Shown: positions 39,931 through 49,839 of the stretch, one piece after another | Position numbering within the stretch: position 1 is the first letter of the stretch | Layout: each line of letters starts with the position of its first letter | Source of the DNA: an uncultured Armatimonadia bacterium | GTDB lineage: Bacteria > Armatimonadota > Zipacnadia > CAVVLO01 | Direction of reading: 5' to 3' | DNA: 64,000 nucleotides | NCBI GenBank assembly: GCA_963749155.1 | Contig: CAVVLO010000002.1 | Location: forward strand, 1,536,001-1,600,000 | Position numbers and translations under genes: made by a program | Notes under the pieces: generated by a model | Databases searched by the model: none | What the model was told of the DNA's origin: nothing | What the model saw: only the letters and a program-made list of their open reading frames with translations

Positions 39931-40535
39931 TAGCTGGCGTCAGTCGCGGGCAGAACGGGACCAGTGAGGATCTCGTCGACAAGCCCGTACTCTTTCGCTT
40001 CCTCCGGCGACATATAGTAGTCGCGGTCTGTGTCTTTCTCGATACGCTTGAGGGGCTGGCCAGTATGCAGTGCCAGGATGTCATTCAGCATAGAACGCGT
40101 CCTGAGCATCTCTTTGGCCTGGATCTCGATGTCGCTGGCCTGCCCGCTGGCATTTGACAGATAGGGCTGATGGATCAGCACTCGCGCGTGAGGCAGTGCG
40201 AAGCGTTTGCCAGCTGCGCCGCCCGCAAGCAGCACCGCTCCCATACTGGCCGAAAGGCCAATGCAGTAGGTTGCGATCTTCGGCCTTATGGTCTGCATCG
40301 TATCGTAGATGGCAAGGCCGGACGAAACCGACCCGCCCGGCGTATTCAGGTACAGGTCGATGTCCTTTTCAGGGTCTTCCTTCTGCAGGAAGAGCAACTG
40401 CGCGACGACCAGATTGGCCACATCGTCATCAATCGGCCTGCCAACGAACACAATGCGCTCCTGCAGCAGGCGCGAAAAAATATCATGCGCGCGTTCGCCG
40501 CGGGGCGTCTGTTCAACTACGGTTGGGATCAGCAT
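39930..40535 (-). CDS. clpP: ATP-dependent Clp protease proteolytic subunit
   Basis: [23 protein letters not shown] and DRDYYM motifs. Confidence 0.97.
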   Translation of the reverse strand: MLIPTVVEQTPRGERAHDIFSRLLQERIVFVGRPIDDDVANLVVAQLLFLQKEDPEKDIDLYLNTPGGSVSSGLAIYDTMQTIRPKIATYCIGLSASMGAVLLAGGAAGKRFALPHARVLIHQPYLSNASGQASDIEIQAKEMLRTRSMLNDILALHTGQPLKRIEKDTDRDYYMSPEEAKEYGLVDEILTGPVLPATDAS

Positions 40536-40586
40536 CGCTCAAGCCACCTCCTAGGGGTAAACGGTCGGTTCGCCCGCCCTTGTTCC

Positions 40587-41957
40587 CTAATCGTGATCGT
40601 GACCTTCATGATCGTGACCTTCGTGATCGTCCATCTCTTCGAAGTCGGCGTCTGTCTCGATAAGTTTGGCCTGATCAGCCAGCCACTCGAGCGTCTTCTG
40701 CTGGGTCACGGCATAGTCCAGCGCTTCCAGGCGGCCCTCCTCGCGGAGGATCTCCTTCATACGCCAGTCCTTCACATTGCGCTCCTGGGCCATCTGCTGG
40801 ATGGCGGGAGCCAGGTCCTCTTCGCTGGCGTGGATATGCTCGAGCTTGGCAACCTCGTCAAGCACCATCGAACGCTTGACGCGGAAGCGCCCCGCTTCGG
40901 CCAGTTCGGCGAAAAGCCCCTCTGCGCCGTTTTCCTTGGCTTCCAGATAATCGGAAAGCGACATCCGCTCATGCTCGAGGCTGTGCAGCAGATCCTCGGC
41001 CAGGCGCAGCACTTCGCGTACGACCATCGCTTCAGGCACACTTACCTCGGTGGCGTCGGCTAGCTTTTGGACGATGGCCTGACGCGCGGCGTTCTGCTGC
41101 AGGCCCTTTTTCTGCTCGGTAATCGCAGTCTCGATGCGCTTGTAGAGGCTCGCAACGTCAGTGACTTCGGGATCGCCCAGACCAGCGGCGAACTCGTCAT
41201 TTATCTCGGGAGTCTTGCGCTCGTAAGCTTCTTTGACTTCAAGCTCGATCTCGACGTCTTTGCCAGCCAGGTCCGCATTGGCATAATCGCTGGGGATGGT
41301 CTTGATGGCTTTCGCGGTGTCGCCAACGTTTTTGCCAATCAACATATCGTCGAAGGAAAGGCCCGCAAGGCCTTCCTGTCCAAGGCGGATAAGGGTCTCA
41401 TCACGAGTCAGCTCGTCCACGGGAGCGCCGTCTTTGCTGGTCTTGATAGCCCCGCGCACCATATCGCCTTCGGCCAGCGGCTTCAGCGCTATCTTGTCGA
41501 AGCTGGCGCGCTCCTGCTGGATGTGCTCGAGCTGGTGATTTACTTCGGCCTCGGTCACAGTGGCTTTCGGCACTTCGACTTCAAGGCCCTTATACTCGCC
41601 CAGCTTTACTTCGGGCATCACCGGCACGACGGCGCGGAAACGCAGCGGCTGATCTTCGGCCAGTTGCAAAACCTGGATCTGCGGCGATTCGATAGGTTCG
41701 AAGTTTTCCTGCCTCACGGCGGCGCGATAGGCGTCCGGCACCAGCGCTTCGTAAAGCATCCGGTTGAACTCGCGCGGATCAACATACTGCCGCAGCATAT
41801 CCTTGGGCACTTTGCCCTTGCGGAAGCCTGGCACGTCTACCTTGTTCTGAAGGCCATGATAGAGCGATTCATACGCGCCCTTCACGGTCAAAGCGTCTAC
41901 TTCGATCTCGAGCTGGAACTTGTTCTCGCCGACGACGGTCTTGGTCACCTGTACCAC
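40587..41957 (-). CDS. tig: Trigger factor
   Basis: VPGFRKGKVP, Y.NADLAGK and INDEFA motifs. GTG 41957 with GAGGAG RBS. Upstream of clpPX. Confidence 0.94.
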   Translation of the reverse strand: MVQVTKTVVGENKFQLEIEVDALTVKGAYESLYHGLQNKVDVPGFRKGKVPKDMLRQYVDPREFNRMLYEALVPDAYRAAVRQENFEPIESPQIQVLQLAEDQPLRFRAVVPVMPEVKLGEYKGLEVEVPKATVTEAEVNHQLEHIQQERASFDKIALKPLAEGDMVRGAIKTSKDGAPVDELTRDETLIRLGQEGLAGLSFDDMLIGKNVGDTAKAIKTIPSDYANADLAGKDVEIELEVKEAYERKTPEINDEFAAGLGDPEVTDVASLYKRIETAITEQKKGLQQNAARQAIVQKLADATEVSVPEAMVVREVLRLAEDLLHSLEHERMSLSDYLEAKENGAEGLFAELAEAGRFRVKRSMVLDEVAKLEHIHASEEDLAPAIQQMAQERNVKDWRMKEILREEGRLEALDYAVTQQKTLEWLADQAKLIETDADFEEMDDHEGHDHEGHDHD

Positions 41958-42081
41958 GGTATTGCTCCTCTTTCCGAATCGATTTATGGGCCAATAGTAA
42001 AACACCCTGCGCAGGCTGCGTGTCAGTATGCCATGCTGCAGGGCCCCGTAACCTGGCTTCAGTTGGTCGCACGGTACTACT

Positions 42082-42166
42082 TGGTGGGCGAGGAGAGACT
42101 TGAACTCTCACGGGCTAAGCCCACATGGTCCTAAGCCATGCGCGTCTGCCATTCCGCCACTCACCC
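42082..42166 (-). tRNA. tRNA-Leu(TAG)
   Basis: GGGTGAG/CTCGCCC acceptor, CATGG-CTTAGGA-CCATG anticodon arm, variable arm, GTTCAAGT, CCA. Confidence 0.95.
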
Positions 42167-42207
42167 GTCCGGGCGCTGATGCAGTCGCGGACACTTGCGA
42201 AAAGGTT

Positions 42208-42284
<77 letters not shown>

Positions 42285-42297
42285 GCCAGCACCGCGG

Positions 42298-42325
42298 ATT
42301 ATACCAGCCTGCCCCGGCAAGTCAA
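42298..42325 (-). promoter_or_regulatory. Sigma70-type promoter of the tRNA-Lys/Leu-tig block
   Basis: TTGACT, 16 nt spacer, TATAAT with extended -10 TG. Confidence 0.7.
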
Positions 42326-42427
42326 GGCCGGAGAAGCCCTCCGCGCGCCCCTCAATGGTATCAGAAAGGGCAGGCCGGCAGGAAGGGCAGGCTGGCGTTG
42401 GCAGAACGAAGGCCGAGGTGGTATGAT

Positions 42428-42474
42428 TGATTCGTATTTGAATCATATGATTCATTTTCGAATCATGCGATTCG
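42428..42474. promoter_or_regulatory. Multi-palindrome operator upstream of the MNT-HEPN pair
   Basis: TGATTC-N6-GAATCA occurs twice, with a central perfect palindrome TGAATCATATGATTCA. Confidence 0.6.
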
Positions 42475-42510
42475 CAGACGGATCACTACGCGTACTTGGA
42501 GGTGGACGCC

Positions 42511-43155
42511 GTGCGGCTCATCAGGCCACTGGACGACCTGCTCTCCTCGCCAGCGAAGGTTGCCCTGATGAGGGTAATGTGCCAGGTGCAGGCGCCGCTC
42601 GCGGGGCGCGAAGCGATCAGGCGAGCCGGCCTGCCTTTCACGACCGGTTGGCGGGCCTTGCAGGCGCTTGCCGCCGCGGGGGTGCTGGTCAGGACGGACC
42701 ACGGCAAGGTTGTGACTTTCCGACTGCCCGAGACAGGGCCACCGCTGCTCGCGAAGCTCCGCGAGTTGTTCGCCGAGGAAGACAGGCGCCGTAACGCCTT
42801 TGCGCTGGCCGTTGCAGAGCGTTTCCCTGGCTTGCTCTCTGCCCACCTTTTTGGTAGCGAGGCTCGTGGGCAGGCGACTACTGGCAGTGACACCGATCTG
42901 CTCATCGTTGTTGAGTCTCGAAATGCAAAGCTTGATCGTCAGTTGCAACGCGTTGCGGGGGAGCTCGGAACTGAGTATGGCCTGACCCTCTCAGCGCATG
43001 TGGCAGACTTGGATACCGTACACACCTGGGAGACTGAGGATCATCCTTTCTGGCGTGAAATCCGGCGTGACGGCGTCAGGATAGCAGGCGATTCCCTACA
43101 GGAGTTGATGAGCCGGTGGCGGAAACTTGGAGGGCACACCTCGAACAGGCTCTGA
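42511..43155 (+). CDS. HTH-minimal nucleotidyltransferase (MNT) antitoxin
   Basis: N-terminal wHTH (LAGREAIRRAGL...ALQALAAAGVL) and LFGSEARGQATTGSDTDL (GSx10DxD). GTG 42511 after GGAGG. Confidence 0.85.
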   Translation: MRLIRPLDDLLSSPAKVALMRVMCQVQAPLAGREAIRRAGLPFTTGWRALQALAAAGVLVRTDHGKVVTFRLPETGPPLLAKLRELFAEEDRRRNAFALAVAERFPGLLSAHLFGSEARGQATTGSDTDLLIVVESRNAKLDRQLQRVAGELGTEYGLTLSAHVADLDTVHTWETEDHPFWREIRRDGVRIAGDSLQELMSRWRKLGGHTSNRL

Positions 43156-43508
43156 AGTGGATGACCTATGCCACGATGACAAATGAGGGCACGTTCTCAA
43201 ATCAGCGCGTCAGTTGCGCTGTGGAGGCAGTAATACATGCATGCGATGCCTTGTGTATGCAGCGCTTGGGAAGGAGGTCTGCCAACCCAGACCATCCGGC
43301 AGCTGCAAGCCTGCTCGAGGAGGCGTTCAGGGGCACCGATCATGAGAAAGAGGCGAGCAAAAAGGCTGATGACCTGCGAGAAATCCTTGCGAACAAGAAC
43401 AACGCCCAATATTACGCTGAGGAGATTGCCGTCAAGAAGGCCGATAAACTTGTGGAGAAAGCTGCACGCTTGGTCCGCTGGGCACAAGCTGTGCTGGATA
43501 CCCCCTAG
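43116..43508 (+). CDS. HEPN domain protein (putative toxin)
   Basis: All-helical 130 aa protein, 'AVEAVIHACDALC...LGRRS..PDH..AASLL...KNNAQY'. Overlaps the MNT gene. Confidence 0.75.
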   Translation: MAETWRAHLEQALKWMTYATMTNEGTFSNQRVSCAVEAVIHACDALCMQRLGRRSANPDHPAAASLLEEAFRGTDHEKEASKKADDLREILANKNNAQYYAEEIAVKKADKLVEKAARLVRWAQAVLDTP

Positions 43509-43672
43509 CCACTAGCTCCATCACGCCAGCGACCCGCGCCCCGGCACCTTCCCCAGGTGCGACCTGGTGGCAGCCACTTCCACTATATCACCCTGGACCA
43601 GGCGTCAAGAGTTTTAGTTCCTGTTTAGACTTTCTGATACCTGATGCACAAAATAGGGGGCTTAACAGGACT

Positions 43673-43701
43673 TTGACCGCCCTTCTCCGGCGTTGTATAC
43701 T
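43673..43701 (+). promoter_or_regulatory. Sigma70-type promoter of xseA operon
   Basis: TTGACC, 17 nt spacer, TATACT. Confidence 0.65.
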
Positions 43702-43732
43702 CGCCGAAAGCACTCCGGAGGTCGCCCCAACC

Positions 43733-44965
43733 TTGTCCGAGTCGGCCAAACCGCTCTCTGTCAGCGATGTGAACGCCAGGGTGAGATACCTCATCGAGGG
43801 CGATCCAGCGCTGCAACAGGTCGAGGTCGCGGGCGAACTGTCCAACTTCAAGCTTTATCCCTCTGGCCACGCCTATTTCAGCCTGAAAGACGAACACTCG
43901 ATACTGAAAGCGGTCGCTTTCGGGGCAAAGGGCTGGCTGAAGTTCAAGCCCGAGGATGGGATGCGCGTCATTGCGACGGGGCGCGTGGGCGTCTACGAGC
44001 AGCGCGGAGAGTTCCAGCTTTATGCCACGCGGCTGGTGGAGGATGGCCTGGGCGCGCTGTGGGAGCGCTTCCTCAAGCTGAAAACCGAGCTGGAGCAGGA
44101 GGGGCTGTTCGAGCCCTCGCGCAAACGGTTGCTCCCGGCCTGGGTGAGGAAAGCCGCCATAATCGCCTCGCCCGAGGGCGCCGCGGTTAAGGACATCATC
44201 AAACGCGCCGAGGACCGCGCGGTCGAGCTCGAACTCATCATCGTCCCGAGCCTGGTGCAAGGGCAGGCCGCGATCGCCGACCTCGTGCGGGCAATTGATG
44301 CGGCGGAGCGCATACCGGGCCTCGATTGTATCGTGCTTGCGCGCGGCGGAGGCTCGCTCGAAGACCTGTGGGCCTTCAACGAAGAGGCGGTCGTCAGGCG
44401 TATCTTCGCCTGCAGAGTGCCTGTCGTCAGCGCTATCGGCCACGAGCGAGATGTCTCGCTGTCTGACCTGGTGGCGGACTATCGCGCGGCAACGCCCACG
44501 TCCGCGGCGGAACTGATTACCCCTGACAGAGAAGATATCGCCGATCACCTGGCCGATTTCCGCGAGCGACTGGGCAGAGCGCTGGTGCAGAATGCTTTAT
44601 ATAAAGAGGAAAGAGTGCGCGCGCAAGCCGGCAGGCTGGAGAGAGCCCTTAGCCGGCAGGTCGAGGGCGCCCGGCAGAGGCTGGATTACGCCTTCGAAGG
44701 GCTCGAGCGGCAGGTGAGTCATCGGCTGGAACAGAAGACAGACCGGCTGGCCTCGCTTGGACGCCGGCTTGACACACTGAGCCCACTTTCTATTTTGAGA
44801 CGCGGTTATAGCCTGGTAGAGCGGCAGGCCGATGGGGCGTTGGTCGCCTCGATAGAGCAGGCGCCGCCCGGCGAGAAACTGGTCGTGCGGGTGCGCGATG
44901 GGCGGATATTTACCGCGGTGGAAAGCGCGGAGGAGGAGCCACTGGATGTCACAGGACAAGCCTGA
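43733..44965 (+). CDS. xseA: Exodeoxyribonuclease VII large subunit
   Basis: GELSNFK..SGHAYFSLKD, ARGGGSLEDLWAFNEE, SAIGHE and TPTSAAE motifs. TTG 43733 after GGAGGT. Confidence 0.96.
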   Translation: MSESAKPLSVSDVNARVRYLIEGDPALQQVEVAGELSNFKLYPSGHAYFSLKDEHSILKAVAFGAKGWLKFKPEDGMRVIATGRVGVYEQRGEFQLYATRLVEDGLGALWERFLKLKTELEQEGLFEPSRKRLLPAWVRKAAIIASPEGAAVKDIIKRAEDRAVELELIIVPSLVQGQAAIADLVRAIDAAERIPGLDCIVLARGGGSLEDLWAFNEEAVVRRIFACRVPVVSAIGHERDVSLSDLVADYRAATPTSAAELITPDREDIADHLADFRERLGRALVQNALYKEERVRAQAGRLERALSRQVEGARQRLDYAFEGLERQVSHRLEQKTDRLASLGRRLDTLSPLSILRRGYSLVERQADGALVASIEQAPPGEKLVVRVRDGRIFTAVESAEEEPLDVTGQA

Positions 44966-45185
44966 GCAAGGCCAGGAGCCGACTTTCGAAGAGGCTTATA
45001 CGCGACTCGAGCAGGTCGTGGCGGCGCTTGAGAACTCGCAGCTCCCCCTCGAAGAGGCAGTGAAGTTGTTCCAGGAAGGCGCGGAGCTGTATAAACTGTG
45101 CAGCGCCAGACTTCAGAAACTGGAATTGGTAGTAAAACAGCTTTCCGAGCAACTTCGGACCGAGTCTGAAGCCGCTTCGGACTGA
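44946..45185 (+). CDS. xseB: Exodeoxyribonuclease VII small subunit
   Basis: TFEEAY.RLEQVV..LE...LPLEEAVKLFQEG. An acidic tail continues in the +1 frame to 45225, which may be another indel. Confidence 0.92.
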   Translation: MSQDKPEQGQEPTFEEAYTRLEQVVAALENSQLPLEEAVKLFQEGAELYKLCSARLQKLELVVKQLSEQLRTESEAASD

Positions 45186-45344
45186 GACCGAAGCCGCGCC
45201 GGACGAAGAGGAAGAGGAGGCTTAGGCCTCAGGCTTCCGGATTGTTATAATAACCTTGCTTCTGCGGGTGGGCTGGCCGGAGTGCCAGGCTGCTAGCGGC
45301 GGCGTTGCCTGGGCTGGACAAGCCTTTTTTCGTCAGGAGAATCA

Positions 45345-47249
45345 ATGCTGCTCGAGAAAATCAAAAGTCCCAGAGAGCTGGATGCGCTGACCCTCGAAGA
45401 GCTGGATCAGCTTGCCGAGGAGATACGCGCCTTCCTCATCGAGTCGGTGCAGTCAACGGGAGGTCATCTCGCCTCCAACCTGGGCGTGGTAGAGCTTACT
45501 ATCGCGCTGCATCGAGTCTTCCGCACGCCCGAGGACAAGCTGATTTTTGATGTCGGCCATCAGGGGTATGTGCACAAGCTGTTGACTGGCAGGTGTGATG
45601 GCTTCGCCAAACTGCGCCAGTGGGGCGGGCTTTGCGGTTATCTCTTGCGGGAAGAAAGTGAACACGACGCCTTCGGCGCGGGACACGGCAGCACGTCCAT
45701 CTCGGCGGCAGTCGGTTTTGCTTGCGCGCGCGATTTGCGCGGCGGCAAGGAGCATATTGTCGCGGTCATCGGCGATGGCAGCCTGACCGGCGGGATGGCC
45801 TTCGAGGCGCTCAACTACGCCGGCCAGCGCAAGACGCGCCTGCTGGTGGTGCTTAACGAGAACGAGATGTCCATCGCGCCCAATGTCGGAGCGATGTCGG
45901 AGTATCTCAACCGCCTGCGGACAAGTACTTCCTATCAGGATATGCGCCGGCGCACGCGAGACTTGCTGGAGCAGCTTCCCCTGGGTGGGTCGCTGGCTTC
46001 TCTGGCTGACAACGTGGCGGATGGCCTCAAGCATCTCGTGGTGCCAGGGATGCTTTTTGAAGAATTGGGCTTCACCTATATCGGGCCGGTCGACGGGCAT
46101 GACCTCAGGCGGGTTATTGATGCCCTGCACCGGGCGAAGGGGCTGGAGGGGCCTGTCCTGCTGCATGTGCGCACGCAGAAGGGCAAGGGCTTCGCCCCTG
46201 CCGAGCGCGATGCGACAAGTTATCACGGGGTGACAGGTCGAGGGAGCGAAGGCGAGCCGGACGCTGGCAAGCCAAGGCCTGCGAGTTATACAGCGGTTTT
46301 TGGTGAAGCGGTCAAGCGCCTGGCAGATGAAGATCCCCGGGTTGTGGCGATTACCGCTGCGATGCCTCAGGGCACGGGACTGACAAAATTCGCCCAGACA
46401 CATCCGGACCGGTTTTTTGATGTCGGGATGGCCGAAGAACACGCCATCACAATGGCGGCGGGCCTTGCAGCGGGCGGCTACAAGCCCGTGGTGGCTATCT
46501 ACTCAACCTTTATGCAACGCGCGATTGACCAGATGCTTCACGATGTGGCGCTGCAACAACTGCCGGTCGTGCTGTGTATGGACCGCGCGGGGCTGGTGCC
46601 CGAGGATGGCGCCACCCACCAGGGGTTGTTCGACCTGACATACCTCAGGATGATCCCGGACCTTACGCTTATTGCGCCAAAAGACGAGGCTGAACTCGTT
46701 ACGGCGCTGCGGTGCGCGCTGGCCTCGAAGGGGCCGGTGGCAATCCGGTATCCCGAGGGCGAAGGCCAAGGGGTCGAGGTGGACTGGGACGCGCCAGCAC
46801 TCGAGTTCGGCCAGGCCGAGGTGCTGACCGAGGGCGAAGAGGTGCTGCTGCTTGCGGTGGGCAATACCGTCTATCGCTCGGTGGACGCAGCCAGGCAACT
46901 CGCCCGAAGAGGGCTTTCTGCAACGGTTGTGAACGCCCGATTTGTGCGTCCACTAGATGAAGCGAGGCTGCTGCCCCTGCTTGCTTCCCACAAACTGGTA
47001 GTTACAGTGGAAGAGAACGTGCTGGCAGGGGGATTTGGCTCGGCCATAAGCGAGTTGCTGCACCGAGCCCGACTCGAGACTCCACTCGTCTCGCTGGGCA
47101 TCCCCGATGAATTCGTTACCTTCGGGTCACTTGCCGACCTGAGGCGCCATTATGGACTTACCGCTCCCCAGATTGCCTCCAGCATCGAAGAGGCCTGGAC
47201 TGCCCGTGCTGGAAGTCCTTCTGAAGCGGCCAAAGGTGATGCTGTATGA
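45345..47249 (+). CDS. dxs: 1-deoxy-D-xylulose-5-phosphate synthase
   Basis: GGHLASNLGVVELT, DVGHQ, GDGSLTGG, YIGPVDGH and DRAG..EDGATHQG motifs. Confidence 0.97.
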   Translation: MLLEKIKSPRELDALTLEELDQLAEEIRAFLIESVQSTGGHLASNLGVVELTIALHRVFRTPEDKLIFDVGHQGYVHKLLTGRCDGFAKLRQWGGLCGYLLREESEHDAFGAGHGSTSISAAVGFACARDLRGGKEHIVAVIGDGSLTGGMAFEALNYAGQRKTRLLVVLNENEMSIAPNVGAMSEYLNRLRTSTSYQDMRRRTRDLLEQLPLGGSLASLADNVADGLKHLVVPGMLFEELGFTYIGPVDGHDLRRVIDALHRAKGLEGPVLLHVRTQKGKGFAPAERDATSYHGVTGRGSEGEPDAGKPRPASYTAVFGEAVKRLADEDPRVVAITAAMPQGTGLTKFAQTHPDRFFDVGMAEEHAITMAAGLAAGGYKPVVAIYSTFMQRAIDQMLHDVALQQLPVVLCMDRAGLVPEDGATHQGLFDLTYLRMIPDLTLIAPKDEAELVTALRCALASKGPVAIRYPEGEGQGVEVDWDAPALEFGQAEVLTEGEEVLLLAVGNTVYRSVDAARQLARRGLSATVVNARFVRPLDEARLLPLLASHKLVVTVEENVLAGGFGSAISELLHRARLETPLVSLGIPDEFVTFGSLADLRRHYGLTAPQIASSIEEAWTARAGSPSEAAKGDAV

Positions 47250-49826
47250 GAGAAAACCGCAAGCTTGCTCTGGCAGGTCTTTGCCTGTTGCTAGTTGGAT
47301 TGGTGGCACTGGTAGGCGCGCAGGCAGTGACAGACCAGGCACCTGATAATCCTCTCGAGCAGGCGCTTGCTCTGCTGGAGGCGGGCAAATTCACCGAGGC
47401 AGAGCCTCTCCTTCTCACGGCGACCGAGCAAACCCCCGACCTGGCCCAGGCCTGGGCTTATCTTGGTTTCTGCAAGCTGAAGTTGGAGCAATTCCCGGAG
47501 GCGGAGCAGGCGGCGGCCAAAGCCGTAGCGCTCGATCCAAAACTGGAATTCGCCCAGCACACGCTGGCGACGGCTATCTATAAACAGGGCGACTGGGAAC
47601 GAGCCGGAGACACTGCGCGCGCGGCGCTTGAGGAGCTGCCTGGCTCCACCGAATTGCTGAGGGCAATGGCTGACGGCTACATATCGGCCCTCAAGCCTGC
47701 CGAGGCTCGCGAGGCGCTCAAGCAACTGCTGCGCAAGGACGCCAATAATCCTTATTATCTTGTCAACCTGGCGCTTACATATGAATTACAAAATGACCAC
47801 GAATCGGCTCGCAGCGTCGCCGAGAAAGCCGTGAAGGCCAATCCGAAAGATTTTTACTGCTGGCAGATGCTTGCGACGGTCGCTTACAACCAGAAGGACT
47901 GGCAGCGGACCATCGAAGCCGTGGACCAGTGCGAGGCAATCGATGCGCGAGGGGCAGGGGTGCTGTTGAAGGCCGAAGCGCTGCTTGCACTTGGAAAGCG
48001 CCCTGAAGGGCTGGCCATGTTCGAGCGCTGGGTTGGGATGCTCGAGGGGCCTAACAGCGTGCCCTGGCGCCTCAGACTGGGAAAAGAATATCTGAACGAC
48101 AAGCAATATGCGAAAGCAATTGCGACACTTGAACCGGCGCAAGAACTGGCTCCTGACGACCTGCAATTGCTGTATGCGCTCGGGGTAGCCTATTTTGCGG
48201 GCGAGCAGTTTGAGAAATCCGAAGAGGCCTTCCGGCATTTCCTGGAACTCGAAAGCACCAACTCGGATGTGCGCTCGCTCAGAGCAATGACTTTGCGCTA
48301 CCTGGACCGCAAGGCCGAGGCGGCGGAGGAGTATCTCAAGGCCGTCGAAGGCGCTACCCCCGAAGATGCGGCCGAGTATCAACTCTGGGCGGCGCGGCTA
48401 TTTATGGAATTGAAGCAACCAGAGCGCGCCGAGCCTCTGCTCGAGGCGCTGGCTGCCAGTAGCGCAGGGGATGGCGAGGCTTTTGACTTGCTTATCGCCT
48501 GTTATGCGGCCCAGGGCAAGCAGGAGAAGGTTGCGGCGCTTGGCGCCTCGGTCAAGACTTCGGGCACTCGCGCGCTGGTGGTCGGCGAGGCCTTGCTGGC
48601 TGCGGGCAAGGTCGAAGAGGCGCTCGCCAAATTCGAGGAAGCCGCTCAGGCCAATCCCAAAGATGCCGCCGCTCATAACGATGTGGGCGTTGCCTATATG
48701 CGACTGGGCGACTGGGAACACGCGCTGGGGGCTTTCGAGCGCGCCTGGGAGCTTGATAACGCCTGCACCCTCTATTTGCAGAATCTCACCGCCGCCGCAC
48801 TGGCCGCCGGGCAACAGCGAGAGAGCGCTTCAGACTGGCACGAAGCTCTCCCGGATGGCGCCGGACTCTCCCGAAGCAGGCTTGCTATTTGGACGGGCCT
48901 TGCTTGCCGCGGGGCAATTCGACAAGGCAAGCGCCCAGCTTGAGCCCTTGCTGGCCAAGCGTCCCGCCGATTTGCAGCTTGCACTCGCACTGGCCGAAGT
49001 TAGAAGGAAACAGGGCAATCCCACCGGACAGGCAGAGATTCTGGCCAAAGCGGTAGAGCTTGCTCCCAAGTCCGCTACGCTGAAGAGCGCCCTGGGGCTT
49101 GCCTTCCTGGAAGCCAAACAAGCAGAAAAAGCTGTCCCTGTGCTTGAAGAGGCGCTGGCGCTCAATCCAAGTGACAACACGGCCAGACGCAATCTCGCCG
49201 CCGCTTACCAGGCGATGGGCGAGCCCACCAAGGCGATCGCCACTTTGAAAACCGTTTTGGCCACCGCGCCTGACCCCGAATTACTGCTGGCCTATGTCGG
49301 ATTGCTTCAGCAGCAGGGAAGACAGCAGGAAGCCGTCCAGGAGCTAAGCGCCGCCTTGGCCGCCAATCCCGACAATCTGCCCCTGGCCAAGACCTTGATA
49401 GGAGCCCAGTTGCTTGCGGGGCTCTCTGGGCAGGCGCTTGTAGAACTCGACAAGGCGCGCAATGACCACCCCGAAGACCCCGAGTTGCTCGCGCTTAAAG
49501 GCCAGGCGCACTATGCGCTGAGGGACTACTCGCTTGCAGAGGTCTCCTACCTGGCGGCGCTTGCCAAGTCGCCAAATCAGGCGGACTGGCAGGCCGACCT
49601 GGGCCTCGTATACCTGGGCAGCGGCAAGTTCAACGAAGCCATACTGCATCTGAAAAAAGCCGTCGAACTTGCGCCCGGCGATGCGATGGCAATCAACAAC
49701 CTCGGCGTCGCGTACGAGCAAGCGGGCGACCGAGCGGGGGCCGTAGAGCAATACCAAAAAGCCTTGCAGGTAAATCCTGGCTGTCAGGAGGCCCAGCGGA
49801 ACCTCGCGCGGCTAGCCAGCGCCTGA
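47246..49826 (+). CDS. Large secreted TPR protein (apparent extra G near 48810)
   Basis: Signal peptide and continuous TPR units across ORFs 47246-48943 and 48471-49826. Confidence 0.8.
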
Positions 49827-49839
49827 GACCGACTCTATT

